Shown here: positions 29,392-39,395 of the stretch, piece after piece
Position numbering within the stretch: the first letter of the stretch is position 1
Layout: each line of letters begins with the position of its first letter
Assembly (NCBI GenBank): GCA_963822585.1
Contig: CAWGIE010000035.1
Location: 234,749-298,748 of the forward strand
Length of the DNA stretch: 64,000 nucleotides
Direction: 5' to 3'
Source: an uncultured bacterium
Lineage (GTDB): Bacteria > Auribacterota > Erginobacteria > Erginobacterales > Erginobacteraceae
The notes under the pieces: model-generated
The model's database searches: none
Told to the model about the DNA's origin: nothing
Seen by the model: the letters and a program-made list of their open reading frames with translations, nothing else
Position numbers and translations under genes: made by a program

Positions 29392-31488
29392 TCATTTTTT
29401 CCCTTCGTCTCGTGCTCTCTTCTCGGCCACGATCTCCTCGGCCAGTGAGAAGGGGACCGCTTCATAGTGCTCAAAATGCATCGAGAAATCGGCCCTCCCG
29501 CTGGTGATGGTCCGGAGCTCGGTTGAGTATCCGAACATCCGGGAAAGAGGGACCCGGCCGGTGATGATGGCGGTTTTCCCTTTGGCCTCCATCCGGATGA
29601 TATTGCCCCTTTTCGAACAGACGCTTCCCGAAACCGCCCCGAAATACTCTTCGGGCGCGGTGATCTCGACGTTCATGATCGGTTCCAGGAGCTGCAGCCC
29701 CGCTCTCCGGCAGGCATCCAGAAAGCCGGCGCGGGCGCAGGTGCGAAAAGCGTTTTCCGACGAATCGACATCGTGGGCGGAACCGTCGACCAGGATGAAC
29801 CTGATATCGACCATGGGGAAGCCGGCATACGGGCCCTTGACCATCGCGTCGATGACGCCCCGCTCAACGGCGGGGATGAACTCCCGGGGGATTCTTCCCC
29901 CCCGGACTTCGTTCTCGAACTGAAACCCGGACCCGGGTTGGCCGTGCTCCAGGCGGAACTGGATATGGGCATACTGCCCGTGGCCGCCGGTCTGCTTGAC
30001 ATGTTTGTGCTCGTGTTCAACCGTGCCGAGGATGGTTTCCCGGTAGGCGACCTGAGGCATACCCGATTCAACGTTGACGGCGAACTCCCGCCGCAGCCGA
30101 TCGATGATGATCTCCAGGTGCAGCTCGCCCATCCCGGAGACGATGACCTCCCCTGTCTCCTGGTCGGTTCTTACCGTGAAGGTGGGATCCTCCTCGGCCA
30201 GCCGCACCAGAGACTGGGAAAGCCGATCCCGGTCGGCATTGCTCGCCGGCTTGACCGCCACCCCGATGACCGGTGCCGGGAACTCGATCGACTCCAGCAT
30301 GATCGGATGCTCTTCACTGCAGATGGTGTCGCCGGTCCGGGTGTCGGCCAGACCCACCACCGCCCCCACGCCGCCGGTATGTATTTCATCGATGGCCAGC
30401 TGCTTATTCGCGTGCATCTCGAAGAGACGGCCGATCCTCTGTTTTTTTCCCAGATTGGAGTTGTAATAGGTATCTCCCGACCTGAGTATGCCGGAATAGA
30501 TCCGGACATAAGTCAGTTTGCCCATATGTTTGTCCGCCACGATCTTGAAGGCGAGCGCCGCCAGCGGCGCGTCGTCCCGGGGATGACGGATGATCTCACT
30601 GTTTTCTTTGTTGCAGGTGCCGATCACCGGGGGGAGGTCAACCGGTGAAGGGAGATAGTCGATAATAGCATCCAGGAGCCGGCGCACTCCCTTGTTCTTG
30701 AAAGCGGCTCCGCAAAGAACCGGGATGACGCTCCCCCGGATGGTCGCGCCGCGCAGGGCCCGGACGATGTCCGCTTTCCCGGGCATCTCCCCGATGACGT
30801 ATTTTTCCATCAGGATATCATCCTGCTCGCTGATTCGCTCGATCAGCTCTTCTCTGGCCACTTGGCATTCAGCCAGCATTTCGGCGGGGATATCGTCCTC
30901 GCGGATGGAGATCTCATGGTCGGTCTCGTCATAGTAAATAGCTCTCATCTCCACCAGGTCGACAATCCCCCGGAAATCGGCCTCGGCCCCGATGGGAAGC
31001 ACGATGGGGACGACATTGCCTCCCAGTTCGTTCTTGATCTCGCTCACCACCCCCTTGAAATCGGCGCCCACCCGGTCCATCTTGTTGATAAAAGCCAGCC
31101 GGGGGACCGCGTATTTATCGGCCTGACGCCAGACGGTCTCGGATTGGGGCTGGACGCCGCCCACGGCGCAGAAAAGCGCCACCGTCCCATCGAGGACCCG
31201 GAGAGACCGTTCGACTTCGGCAGTGAAATCGACGTGTCCGGGGGTGTCGATGATGTTGATCCGGTAGTCCTTCCAGAAAGTGGTGGTGGCCGCGGAGGTG
31301 ATGGTGATGCCCCGTTCCTGTTCCTGGATCATCCAGTCCATGACCGCTTCCCCGTCGTGAACCTCGCCTATCCGGTGGCTTTTCCCGGTATAGAAGAGTA
31401 TCCGTTCGGTTACGGTGGTCTTCCCGGCGTCGATATGAGCGGTAAGGCCGATATTGCGTATGCGGTTTATTGGCGTGACGTCATGCAT
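29392..31488 (-). CDS. fusA: Elongation factor G (stand-alone copy)
   Basis: [45 protein letters not shown]; 698 aa. Confidence 0.95.
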   Translation of the reverse strand: MHDVTPINRIRNIGLTAHIDAGKTTVTERILFYTGKSHRIGEVHDGEAVMDWMIQEQERGITITSAATTTFWKDYRINIIDTPGHVDFTAEVERSLRVLDGTVALFCAVGGVQPQSETVWRQADKYAVPRLAFINKMDRVGADFKGVVSEIKNELGGNVVPIVLPIGAEADFRGIVDLVEMRAIYYDETDHEISIREDDIPAEMLAECQVAREELIERISEQDDILMEKYVIGEMPGKADIVRALRGATIRGSVIPVLCGAAFKNKGVRRLLDAIIDYLPSPVDLPPVIGTCNKENSEIIRHPRDDAPLAALAFKIVADKHMGKLTYVRIYSGILRSGDTYYNSNLGKKQRIGRLFEMHANKQLAIDEIHTGGVGAVVGLADTRTGDTICSEEHPIMLESIEFPAPVIGVAVKPASNADRDRLSQSLVRLAEEDPTFTVRTDQETGEVIVSGMGELHLEIIIDRLRREFAVNVESGMPQVAYRETILGTVEHEHKHVKQTGGHGQYAHIQFRLEHGQPGSGFQFENEVRGGRIPREFIPAVERGVIDAMVKGPYAGFPMVDIRFILVDGSAHDVDSSENAFRTCARAGFLDACRRAGLQLLEPIMNVEITAPEEYFGAVSGSVCSKRGNIIRMEAKGKTAIITGRVPLSRMFGYSTELRTITSGRADFSMHFEHYEAVPFSLAEEIVAEKRARDEGKK

Positions 31489-31759
31489 GAGTTATTATGT
31501 TCCGAAATAACAATTATATTTCAACCAGGTATACGGCGATATAGGTACAGCAGACCGTTTTTCTTATCCGGCCGGTCGACAGTTTTATCCGCCCGCGGCG
31601 GCATAATCAATAATAAACAGATGCCGGCAATAGAAAAAGCCCATCAGCATATAGGTTCCCCCAATGAAAGCAAGGATATATTTGTAGTTCTCTTCTGTTC
31701 CGTGGGGGTAATCCCAGATTATCCGGCTCCCTACGTATCTTGTCGGTTATCTGAAAAGA

Positions 31760-31818
31760 GAATGACGAAATCCGGAATCAGAAATCCGAAACCCGAAACT
31801 CGAAACCCGAAATCCGAA
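31760..31818 (+). repeat. 7-bp tandem array (GAAATCC/GAAACCC)
   Basis: gaaatccggaatcagaaatccgaaacccgaaactcgaaacccgaaatccgaa. Confidence 0.75.
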
Positions 31819-31824
31819 GGACAG

Positions 31825-32115
31825 TAACCTGGATTATTCATGAAAATTTACAATTTTCATGAATAATCCAGGTTACTGGATATCGTTCAATGTATTACGG
31901 ATAGCAGACGTATCAATACGGCAACAGCAGATTGTTTTATCTCAGCCGATAGGCCAACGATTTATATCTGCCGGCAATAATGCGATCGATAACAGACGTT
32001 TGTCAACAAGTGCTTGCCAAAGAATATGATATAATCGAAACCTTATTTCGATATTTCAAGTTTCTTCTTTGTCGTTGTTCAAAAATAACCCGATTTATGA
32101 ATAAATCGGGTTAAT
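31825..32115 (-). mobile_element. Non-autonomous hairpin-ended element, probably IS200/IS605-derived
   Basis: A different hairpin at each end, each found elsewhere in the window; minus-strand interior has decayed YHILW and AIR-YIE codons resembling TnpA(Y1) termini. Confidence 0.5.
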
Positions 32116-32178
32116 GATTAAATTTCTCATTTCCCTCTCGGCTATGGGATACTGCCGGAAGTCGCCGGGGAGATACAC

Positions 32179-32206
32179 TTGACAAAAGATACCGTCCCGT
32201 TACACT
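32179..32206 (+). promoter_or_regulatory. Sigma70-like promoter for lpxH
   Basis: TTGACA-16-TACACT, GAGGAG RBS downstream. Confidence 0.55.
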
Positions 32207-32269
32207 TGGATACTTTCCGGGGATCAATCAGCAAATCCGCGGTTAAAAGATGAGGAGTGCTGTTTTCTC

Positions 32270-33040
32270 ATGACAACGGACAAAGAAACAGTTTTTTTCA
32301 TTTCCGATGCTCATCTGGGGATCCAACTTCCCGATTTTGCAGACAGGGAGGCCGCTCTCCTTTCCTTTTTAGAGGAGATCGCTCCCCGGGCCGGTCAGCT
32401 CTTTATCGTGGGGGATCTCTTCGACTTCTGGATCGAGTACCGGTGGGCCATTCGGCCGGATTACTTTCGGACGCTGGCCGCTCTCAACGCACTAGCCCGG
32501 TCGGGGACCGAGATCCACTACTGCCTGGGGAACCATGATTTCGCCGTCGGCTCCTTCATCGAAGATACGCTGGGAATAAAAGTCCATCCGGACGGGTGCC
32601 GGATGAACCTCCAGGGGAAGAGTATCTTTGTCACCCACGGCGATGATCTGCGCACCAGCGATCGTGCCAACCTTTTTCTCCGGAAGTTCTTGAGAAACCC
32701 GATCCTCCAGTTCGTCTATAAACTTCTTCATCCGAATATCGGCGTTCCCCTGGGAGAGTTTTTCTCCCGGATGAGCAGAAAGCATTTCCTGGAAGTTCCT
32801 CCCGAAGAACATCTTGAGGAATATCGGCGCGCGGCCGATGAAATGCTGGCCGCCGGCTGTGATATTGTCGTCGCCGCTCACACTCACGTGCCGGAATTGC
32901 TCCATCTGACCTCCGGGATATACTGCAATACCGGCAACTGGATAAGCCGCTACCATTTTGCCCAGATGGAAGCCGGGGAGATCAGTCTCTGGCAGTATCT
33001 CCCCGGCCAACCGCCGAAGAAGATTTTCCCATTTCAATAA
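32270..33040 (+). CDS. lpxH: UDP-2,3-diacylglucosamine diphosphatase
   Basis: FISDAHLG, VGDLFDFW, GNHD, THGD, AHTH, NTGNW. Confidence 0.85.
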   Translation: MTTDKETVFFISDAHLGIQLPDFADREAALLSFLEEIAPRAGQLFIVGDLFDFWIEYRWAIRPDYFRTLAALNALARSGTEIHYCLGNHDFAVGSFIEDTLGIKVHPDGCRMNLQGKSIFVTHGDDLRTSDRANLFLRKFLRNPILQFVYKLLHPNIGVPLGEFFSRMSRKHFLEVPPEEHLEEYRRAADEMLAAGCDIVVAAHTHVPELLHLTSGIYCNTGNWISRYHFAQMEAGEISLWQYLPGQPPKKIFPFQ

Positions 33041-33126
33041 ACCGCTGATTAAGCGGATTAAACGGATTGTTTCTGTTCCGGAATTTCAATAATCGGAAAT
33101 AATCCGATTATTGAAATTCCGAAACA
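33039..33126. repeat. 9-bp periodic half element plus long hairpin
   Basis: aaccgctgattaagcggattaaacggatt; ggaatttcaataatcgga-aataa-tccgattattgaaattcc. Confidence 0.7.
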
Positions 33127-33307
33127 GACGAAAAAGCAACCAAAATAACAATTCTTGTTTTTTTCTTTATAATGCTACGGGCTTACCGTTATGAATTGAG
33201 CTGTTGGACACGAACTAATTTTTTGACCATCATCCATCTGTTTTAAGTCTTAAAAATGAAAATTCATTAAATTAGCGGCGAAGCCGCTAATTTATAATGA
33301 GGAGGCG

Positions 33308-34348
33308 GTGTTGATACGGAAAATTATAGTGCTCATAATATTAATTGTGCCTTTCGTTCCCTTTGTTTCGGCGGCGGCCACCGACGCTTTCCAGTGGGGA
33401 AGGGTGCAAGAAGGACGGAAAACTTTTGAATTCGATCTGACGGCCGGAAAGGTAACCCGGATCGAAGGCTCCGTCGAAGAGACCATCCGTCCCTATTACC
33501 AGCAGATCGGTCAGGACACCCCCGGTTCGAGCTACACGCTCAGCGAACTGGGGCTGGACGGGAAAAAAGCCACCTTCGGCTTCTCTTTTGAGAAGCAGTG
33601 GAAATATCTGACCCTCGGGTTCAGCGGCTTTTACTATCATCCCTCCGCCGACACCACCGCCATCCGGGATTATTATATCGGCATTTCCGATGAGGTCGAA
33701 TACCAGGGGGAAAAATACGACAATATGCTGATCCCCGAAGGCCGGCCGTTTACGGCCGATCTGGAAACGTTTTTTTGTGAAGTGAATGTGCTCTTCACCC
33801 CGGTCACCATTACCCCGCTGCCGAATTTCGAGTTTGTCCCCTCCGTCTATCTCGGCATCGTCGGCGCCTTCGGCACCTACGATATCGATGCCGGTCCGCC
33901 GACGGGAACGGTCGTTTATGAAGAACCTCCCGAGGTCTATGTCGTCGGCGGCCACAGCCACGGCTGGACGGGCGCCGGAGTACCCGGGATCGGGCTGGGG
34001 GGGGAATTCCGGATCGGTCCGCCCGACGGGCTTCGGCTGGTCGTACAGGGATGCTATTCTCTCTTACGCTATCATGGAAGCACCGAGTATATCCCGATCA
34101 CGATCCGGCGCGAGAAAAACCTCGACCTGAATTACGACAATTTCGAAGGACGGGCCCAGATGGAGCTGCCCGTCTCCGAGAAACTGGATTTCGTCCTCGG
34201 GGTATCCTATCTTTATATCGATATCGATGCCGACGCCACCGCGACGGATAAAACTCCGGAAGAGATCGAAGAACTGCGGGAAAAATATGACAAGAAGATC
34301 AAGTTCAAGATGACCGAGTTGCAGGGGTATGTCGGCTTAAAATTTTGA
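33308..34348 (+). CDS. Hypothetical outer-membrane beta-barrel protein
   Basis: Signal peptide, amphipathic strands, C-terminal YVGLKF. Confidence 0.65.
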   Translation: MLIRKIIVLIILIVPFVPFVSAAATDAFQWGRVQEGRKTFEFDLTAGKVTRIEGSVEETIRPYYQQIGQDTPGSSYTLSELGLDGKKATFGFSFEKQWKYLTLGFSGFYYHPSADTTAIRDYYIGISDEVEYQGEKYDNMLIPEGRPFTADLETFFCEVNVLFTPVTITPLPNFEFVPSVYLGIVGAFGTYDIDAGPPTGTVVYEEPPEVYVVGGHSHGWTGAGVPGIGLGGEFRIGPPDGLRLVVQGCYSLLRYHGSTEYIPITIRREKNLDLNYDNFEGRAQMELPVSEKLDFVLGVSYLYIDIDADATATDKTPEEIEELREKYDKKIKFKMTELQGYVGLKF

Positions 34349-34369
34349 GACTTTCATCATCTTGATTAA

Positions 34370-34451
34370 ACCACGAAGGACACGAAGAACACGAAGAAAA
34401 TTGAGGTGCTTAAATATTTTTATCCTTCGTGTTCTTCGTGTCCTTCGTGGT
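34370..34451. repeat. 9-bp periodic inverted repeat element
   Basis: Same arms as 9493-9591 with a different spacer. Confidence 0.9.
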
Positions 34452-34459
34452 GAAATAAA

Positions 34460-35272
34460 ATGAAAGGAGATAGAAAGAATAGGGGGAAGAGGGTGTTTTC
34501 GGCGTTGACCATCGCCGGGTCGGATTCCGGGGGCGGCGCCGGCATCCAGGCGGACCTGAAGACCTTTCAGTCCCTGGGGGTTTACGGTTCCTCGGCGATC
34601 ACCTGCGTCACCGCCCAGAATACACGGGAGGTGACCGCGGTCTTCCCCCTTCCCCCGGAGTTGGTGAAAAATCAGATCGACGCCGTGATGACCGATATCG
34701 CTCCTTCCGCGGTCAAGACCGGGATGCTGGGCAACGCCGGTATCATTATGGCGGTTGCCGCGAAAATGAAGGAATATGCGGTCGAGCGGCTGGTTGTCGA
34801 CCCCGTTATGATCGCCACCTCGGGAGACCCTCTCATCGAGGAAGACGCGATCGAGATAGTGCGGGAACTCCTGCTGCCGCTCGCCCTGGTGGTAACCCCG
34901 AACCTGCGGGAAGCCGGGGTACTGGCCGGCTTCCCCGTCACCGGCCTCCGGGCCATGAAGGAAGCGGCCCGGGTCATCCGGGATCAAGGACCCCGTTGTG
35001 TGGTAATCAAGGGGGGGCACCGGAGCCGTGATGCCAACGATCTTGTTTATGACGGGAAAGAGATGGCGATTCTTGAATCACCCCGTCTGGGATCGGGCCC
35101 CCTTCACGGAACCGGATGCACCTTCTCGGCCGCCGTCGCCGCCGGCCTGGCCCGGGGCATGACCCCCTATCAGGCCGTGGTGGGCGCCAAGTCGTACATG
35201 AAGAAGGTGCTGAAGCATCCGGCTGCTCCCGGGAAAGGGTCGCGCGTGGCCGACTGGTCGGCCGGGAAATAA
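34460..35272 (+). CDS. thiD: Hydroxymethylpyrimidine/phosphomethylpyrimidine kinase
   Basis: [40 protein letters not shown]. Confidence 0.95.
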   Translation: MKGDRKNRGKRVFSALTIAGSDSGGGAGIQADLKTFQSLGVYGSSAITCVTAQNTREVTAVFPLPPELVKNQIDAVMTDIAPSAVKTGMLGNAGIIMAVAAKMKEYAVERLVVDPVMIATSGDPLIEEDAIEIVRELLLPLALVVTPNLREAGVLAGFPVTGLRAMKEAARVIRDQGPRCVVIKGGHRSRDANDLVYDGKEMAILESPRLGSGPLHGTGCTFSAAVAAGLARGMTPYQAVVGAKSYMKKVLKHPAAPGKGSRVADWSAGK

Positions 35273-35308
35273 CCGGTGGTTTTCAACCGGGATAAGAGGT
35301 ACATTGTC

Positions 35309-35447
35309 GTAGTATCGTCCTTTCGCTTTCGCGACAGGACTTGTAGGATCAGAATGCCTTCGGCATTCTTTGTAGTAATTGTAGGATCGCTTCGCTTGCA
35401 GTTAGGCAAGCCTTGCCAAAGGTAAGGCGATACTACATCTACTACAC
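35309..35447. repeat. GTAG-type REP-like cluster (inverted relative to 4591-4685)
   Basis: gtaggatcagaatgccttcggcattct; gtaggatcgcttcgcttgc. Confidence 0.7.
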
Positions 35448-35450
35448 AGC

Positions 35451-35639
35451 GAATCAGATAATCAGGAAATCAGTGGGAAGGGGATCAGATTATCAGAGGA
35501 TCAGATGGCGCTGCCGGCCTCGCCTGATAACCTGGTATCCCGGTATTCTTCCCACTGATAAACTGATAACCTGATATCCACTTTGGGGATGATCACTTCA
35601 CGCGGGACATTGCTAAATAAATTAGCGCACAGGCGCTAT
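35451..35639. repeat. 8-bp periodic (ATCAGnnn) palindromic element with promoter-like tail; copies at 48058-48262 and 39243-39373
   Basis: Near-identical to 48058-48262 over about 140 bp, then shared gggacattgcta...ttagcgc..cagg.gctat. Confidence 0.9.
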
Positions 35640-36170
35640 ATGGACATCCTGCCGATCAAAATCTACGGGAGCGCGGTGCTCCGGGAGAAAGCGGCGCCGA
35701 TCGACGAGATCACCGATGATCTGCGCGGGCTGATCGCCGGTATGCGTGACAGCCTCTACTATCATCAGGGCGTCGGTCTGGCCGCCAACCAGGTCGGCGT
35801 TGCCCGTCGTCTCTTTCTGGTGGACGAAGGGAAGGGGCTGAAGGTGTTTATCAACCCGCGTATTCTGGAGTCGGAAGGGGAGACGGTCTCGGAGGAGGGA
35901 TGCCTGAGTCTTCCGGAAGTATTTGTCGACGTGGCCCGGTCCCGGTCCCTGCATCTGGAATATATGGATGAAGGGGGAGAGACCAGGCGATTGGAAGCGG
36001 ATGGTTTGCTGGCCCGGGTTATTCAGCATGAATACGATCACCTGGAAGGGGTCTTGATTGCCGACCACGCCGGTTTCGTGGCCTCCCGGATGATCAGGGG
36101 GAAGCTGAAGAGACTGAGGAAGAGAGTTAAGGAATCATTGTATATATATGAACGCCTTCGGTGCTTCTAA
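35640..36170 (+). CDS. def: Peptide deformylase
   Basis: GVGLAANQ, EGCLS, QHEYDHL. Confidence 0.95.
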   Translation: MDILPIKIYGSAVLREKAAPIDEITDDLRGLIAGMRDSLYYHQGVGLAANQVGVARRLFLVDEGKGLKVFINPRILESEGETVSEEGCLSLPEVFVDVARSRSLHLEYMDEGGETRRLEADGLLARVIQHEYDHLEGVLIADHAGFVASRMIRGKLKRLRKRVKESLYIYERLRCF

Positions 36171-36372
36171 TGACTAAATCCGAATGACGAATGACGAAAG
36201 AATGACGAAAAACGAATGCCCAAGTGCCCCCGCCGTCGGGTTCGGCGCTCTCGCGAAGGCGGATGGCCACATGCGCTACAATTGTCCGCATGGCGTCACA
36301 AAAGGAGTATTGGGAATTTGCTCATTTATCATTTGGATTTCCTTCGTCCTTCGTCATTCGGATTTCGTCATT
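36169..36372. repeat. 7-bp periodic (AATGACG) palindromic element
   Basis: aatgactaaatccgaatgacgaatgacgaa ... ttcgtcattcggatttcgtcatt. Confidence 0.85.
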
Positions 36373-36405
36373 GAATAACTATTCCCTCACCCTGAACAGA
36401 AGGTA

Positions 36406-37167
36406 ATGTTAATGACTGATACCAGGAACCCACCTTTTCTCTCCGTCATCATCCCGGCCTATAACGAGGAGAAACGTCTGGTCTCCACCCTGGCCGGGAT
36501 CGATGACTATATGCGGCGCCAGCCCTATGAATACGAACTGATACTGGTCAGCGACGGATCCGCCGATGGGACGGTCCGGGTGGCCCGGGCCTGGCAGCCA
36601 CCGGGAACCCCGCTCGAGATCGTCGATCGGAAGGAGAATCGAGGGAAAGGATACACCGTCCGGGAGGGGGTCGCCCATGCCCGGGGAGAGTATGTTCTCT
36701 TCTCCGATGCCGATCTTTCCACCCCGATCGAGGAGGTGGAAAAGTTTCTGCCTTTCTTCCGGGAGGGCTACGAGGTTGTCATCGGGTCTCGTTCTTTGAA
36801 GGAATCGGAGTTGGTGGTCCGGCAGCCCTTTTACCGGGAGTTGATGGGGCGGGTCTTCAACGGGATGGTTCGCCTCCTGGCGGTCCGGGGGATTATCGAT
36901 ACCCAGTGCGGCTTCAAATGCTTTTCCCGGAAAGCGATAGAAGAGATCTTCCCCCGTTGTCTGATCGACGGTTTCAGTTTCGATGTGGAGATCCTTTTCC
37001 TGGCTCGAAAACGGAATTTGCCGGTGAAAGAGGTCCCGGTCAAGTGGCTCAACGCTCCCGGCAGTTCGGTCAGTCCCGTGAGGGATTCATTGCGGATGTT
37101 CTTCGAGATATGCCGGGTCCGGATCAATGACCTGCGGGGGAAATACGGGGGGCGGAATGGTGGATGA
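36406..37167 (+). CDS. Polyprenyl/dolichyl-phosphate hexose synthase (GT2, ALG5/DPG-synthase-like)
   Basis: IIPAYNE, NRGKG, FSDADLSTP, IGSR, DTQCGFK, FDVEIL. Confidence 0.9.
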   Translation: MLMTDTRNPPFLSVIIPAYNEEKRLVSTLAGIDDYMRRQPYEYELILVSDGSADGTVRVARAWQPPGTPLEIVDRKENRGKGYTVREGVAHARGEYVLFSDADLSTPIEEVEKFLPFFREGYEVVIGSRSLKESELVVRQPFYRELMGRVFNGMVRLLAVRGIIDTQCGFKCFSRKAIEEIFPRCLIDGFSFDVEILFLARKRNLPVKEVPVKWLNAPGSSVSPVRDSLRMFFEICRVRINDLRGKYGGRNGG

Positions 37168-39146
37168 ACGTCGAACTTCGAACATCGACCGTTCACCCGT
37201 CAGGGACGACCGCCCGGAGAAGTAGAAAAACCGCCCGCAAAAAACAGAACAGAGAGATAATAATCTCTCTGCTGGGACTGGCGATCATAACCGTTTTCGC
37301 CTACGGCAACAGTTTCCGGGGCGCGTTCGTCTTCGACGACGGCAACGCCATCCTCTCCAATCCGCGGATCCGTCCGCCGCTCACTGCCGCCGGTCTCTTC
37401 TCCGTTCTCCCTCCCGGGCCGATCGTCACCGTCACTCTGGCCGTGAACTATGCCCTGGGGGAGTTAAATCCGTGGGGTTATCACGCTCTCAACCTGCTTA
37501 TCCACATCGGGGCCGGGTTGACTCTCTTCGGGATTATCCGTCGCACTCTTCTCCTGCTTCCCTGCCGCCGGGCCGCCGCCGCTCTCGCTTTCTCGGCCGC
37601 GTCGATCTGGCTGGTCCATCCTCTCCAGACCGAGAGCGTTACCTATATTGTCCAGCGGTACGAATCCTTGATGGGATTGTTCTATCTGTTGACCCTCTAC
37701 TGCGCCATCCGCGGCGCCCGAGTGGGGCGTCCGGGGTGGTGGTACGCGGGCGCCGTTCTCGCCTGCGCCCTGGGAATGGCGACCAAGGAGTCAGCGGTTA
37801 CCGCGCCGGTGGCGGTTATCATCTATGACAGGATCTTCCTTTCCCGCCGGAAGCGCCGCCGGCCGGCAAACCGGATGATCCTGTACACCGGCCTGGCGGC
37901 AACCTGGTTCTTCCTCTTTTTAATCGTCCGGGAGAAACCCTATGCCGTTTGGGGCGGTTTCGGCTACCAGGAGATCTCCCCGGTCAAGTATGCCCTCTCC
38001 CAGTTCGGAGTGATCTGCCGGTACCTCCGCCTGAGTTTCCTGCCCGGCCCGCTCTGTCTCGATTACGGCTGGCCGGTTTCCCATCGTCTGATTACCATCA
38101 TCCCGTCGGCGATTATTATCGGGGGAGCCCTCATCCTGACCATCCGGGGGGTGGTGATGAAATCGCCTTTCGCTTTCCCGGGGGCGTGGTTTTTTCTTAC
38201 CCTGGCCCCGACCTCCAGCATCATCCCTATTTCCGATCTTGCCTTCGAGCACCGGATGTATCTTCCCCTGGCGGCGGTCACGGTCCTGGTCGTGATCGGG
38301 GTCCGTGCTCTTCTTCTCCGGCTGTTCCCCGATCACCCTTCCCGGAGGAAATATACCGGGGTGGTTTTGATGGTCGTCATTATTCCGGCCCTGGCCGTTC
38401 TCACGTTCCAGAGGAATCGGGCATATTTCTCCCCCGTCACGATGTGGAGCGACGTGGTCTCTAAACGCCCCGGAAATCCCCGGGCGCAGTACAACCTCGG
38501 CAACGCCCTCGCAGAGGAGGGGAAGGCCGCCGCCGCCGTCGATCATTACCGGCGGGCGATCAGCCTGCGTCCCGATTACGGCGATGCTTTTTATAACCTG
38601 GCGATCAGCCTGGAAGATCTGGGGCGGCCGGAAGAAGCAGTCGTATGGTATCAACGGGCCCTGGCCTTGAATCCGGATTCCGCGCAGATACGGAATAATC
38701 TGGGCGCCGCCCTCCTGGCGACGGGCCGTGAAGAGGAAGCCGCCGTTCACCTTCGGGACGCGGTCCGTCTCGATCCGGACCTGGCAGAGGCCGGGATCAA
38801 TCTGGCCAACCTGTCGGCCCGGCACGGCGATCGGGAGGGGGCGATCAGCGCTTATCGTGCAATCCTGGCGAAAAACCCGGACTCCGCGGAGGCCCACTAT
38901 AACCTGGGAGTTACCCTGGCCCTGGAGGGACAGCCCGGGCCGGCGGAAGCCCAGTACCGGGAGGCGATTCGGCTCGATCCCCGGAATGCGGAGGCGTGGT
39001 ATAATCTGGCTCTTCTGCTGGAAGGGAGGGATGAAGGGAATGAGGCGATGGAATGCCTGCGGCGGGCTCTCCTGCTCGATCCCGGATTTTCCGGGGCGAA
39101 GGCGGCACTGGAGAGGATGGAGAAAGCAGTAATCGGTCATCAGTAA
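37164..39146 (+). CDS. TMTC-like GT-C membrane protein with C-terminal TPRs
   Basis: FVFDD, YHALNLLIH, HPLQTESVTYIVQR, KES, FEHRMYLP, about 6 TPRs. Confidence 0.88.
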   Translation: MNVELRTSTVHPSGTTARRSRKTARKKQNREIIISLLGLAIITVFAYGNSFRGAFVFDDGNAILSNPRIRPPLTAAGLFSVLPPGPIVTVTLAVNYALGELNPWGYHALNLLIHIGAGLTLFGIIRRTLLLLPCRRAAAALAFSAASIWLVHPLQTESVTYIVQRYESLMGLFYLLTLYCAIRGARVGRPGWWYAGAVLACALGMATKESAVTAPVAVIIYDRIFLSRRKRRRPANRMILYTGLAATWFFLFLIVREKPYAVWGGFGYQEISPVKYALSQFGVICRYLRLSFLPGPLCLDYGWPVSHRLITIIPSAIIIGGALILTIRGVVMKSPFAFPGAWFFLTLAPTSSIIPISDLAFEHRMYLPLAAVTVLVVIGVRALLLRLFPDHPSRRKYTGVVLMVVIIPALAVLTFQRNRAYFSPVTMWSDVVSKRPGNPRAQYNLGNALAEEGKAAAAVDHYRRAISLRPDYGDAFYNLAISLEDLGRPEEAVVWYQRALALNPDSAQIRNNLGAALLATGREEEAAVHLRDAVRLDPDLAEAGINLANLSARHGDREGAISAYRAILAKNPDSAEAHYNLGVTLALEGQPGPAEAQYREAIRLDPRNAEAWYNLALLLEGRDEGNEAMECLRRALLLDPGFSGAKAALERMEKAVIGHQ

Positions 39147-39242
39147 TCGGTGATCAGTAATCGGTGATGGTCCGGGTCAGTTGTTGACTTCCGATGACCG
39201 AATTCTGATGATTGATGGTTGTAAGGAGAAAGGCTAAAAAAG

Positions 39243-39373
39243 CAGATCAGAAGATCAGGAGACCAGTGGGAAGATTATCAGGAGAGCAGGGGATCAGACG
39301 CCGTGGCCGGCTGTGCCTGATAACCTGATTATCCTGATAATCTTCCCACTGATCCGCTGATAACCTGATTACC
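39243..39373. repeat. 8-bp periodic palindromic element (diverged copy)
   Basis: cagtgggaag...cttcccactgat core shared with 35451. Confidence 0.8.
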
Positions 39374-39395
39374 ATTTTAGTACCGCGACGCCAGA

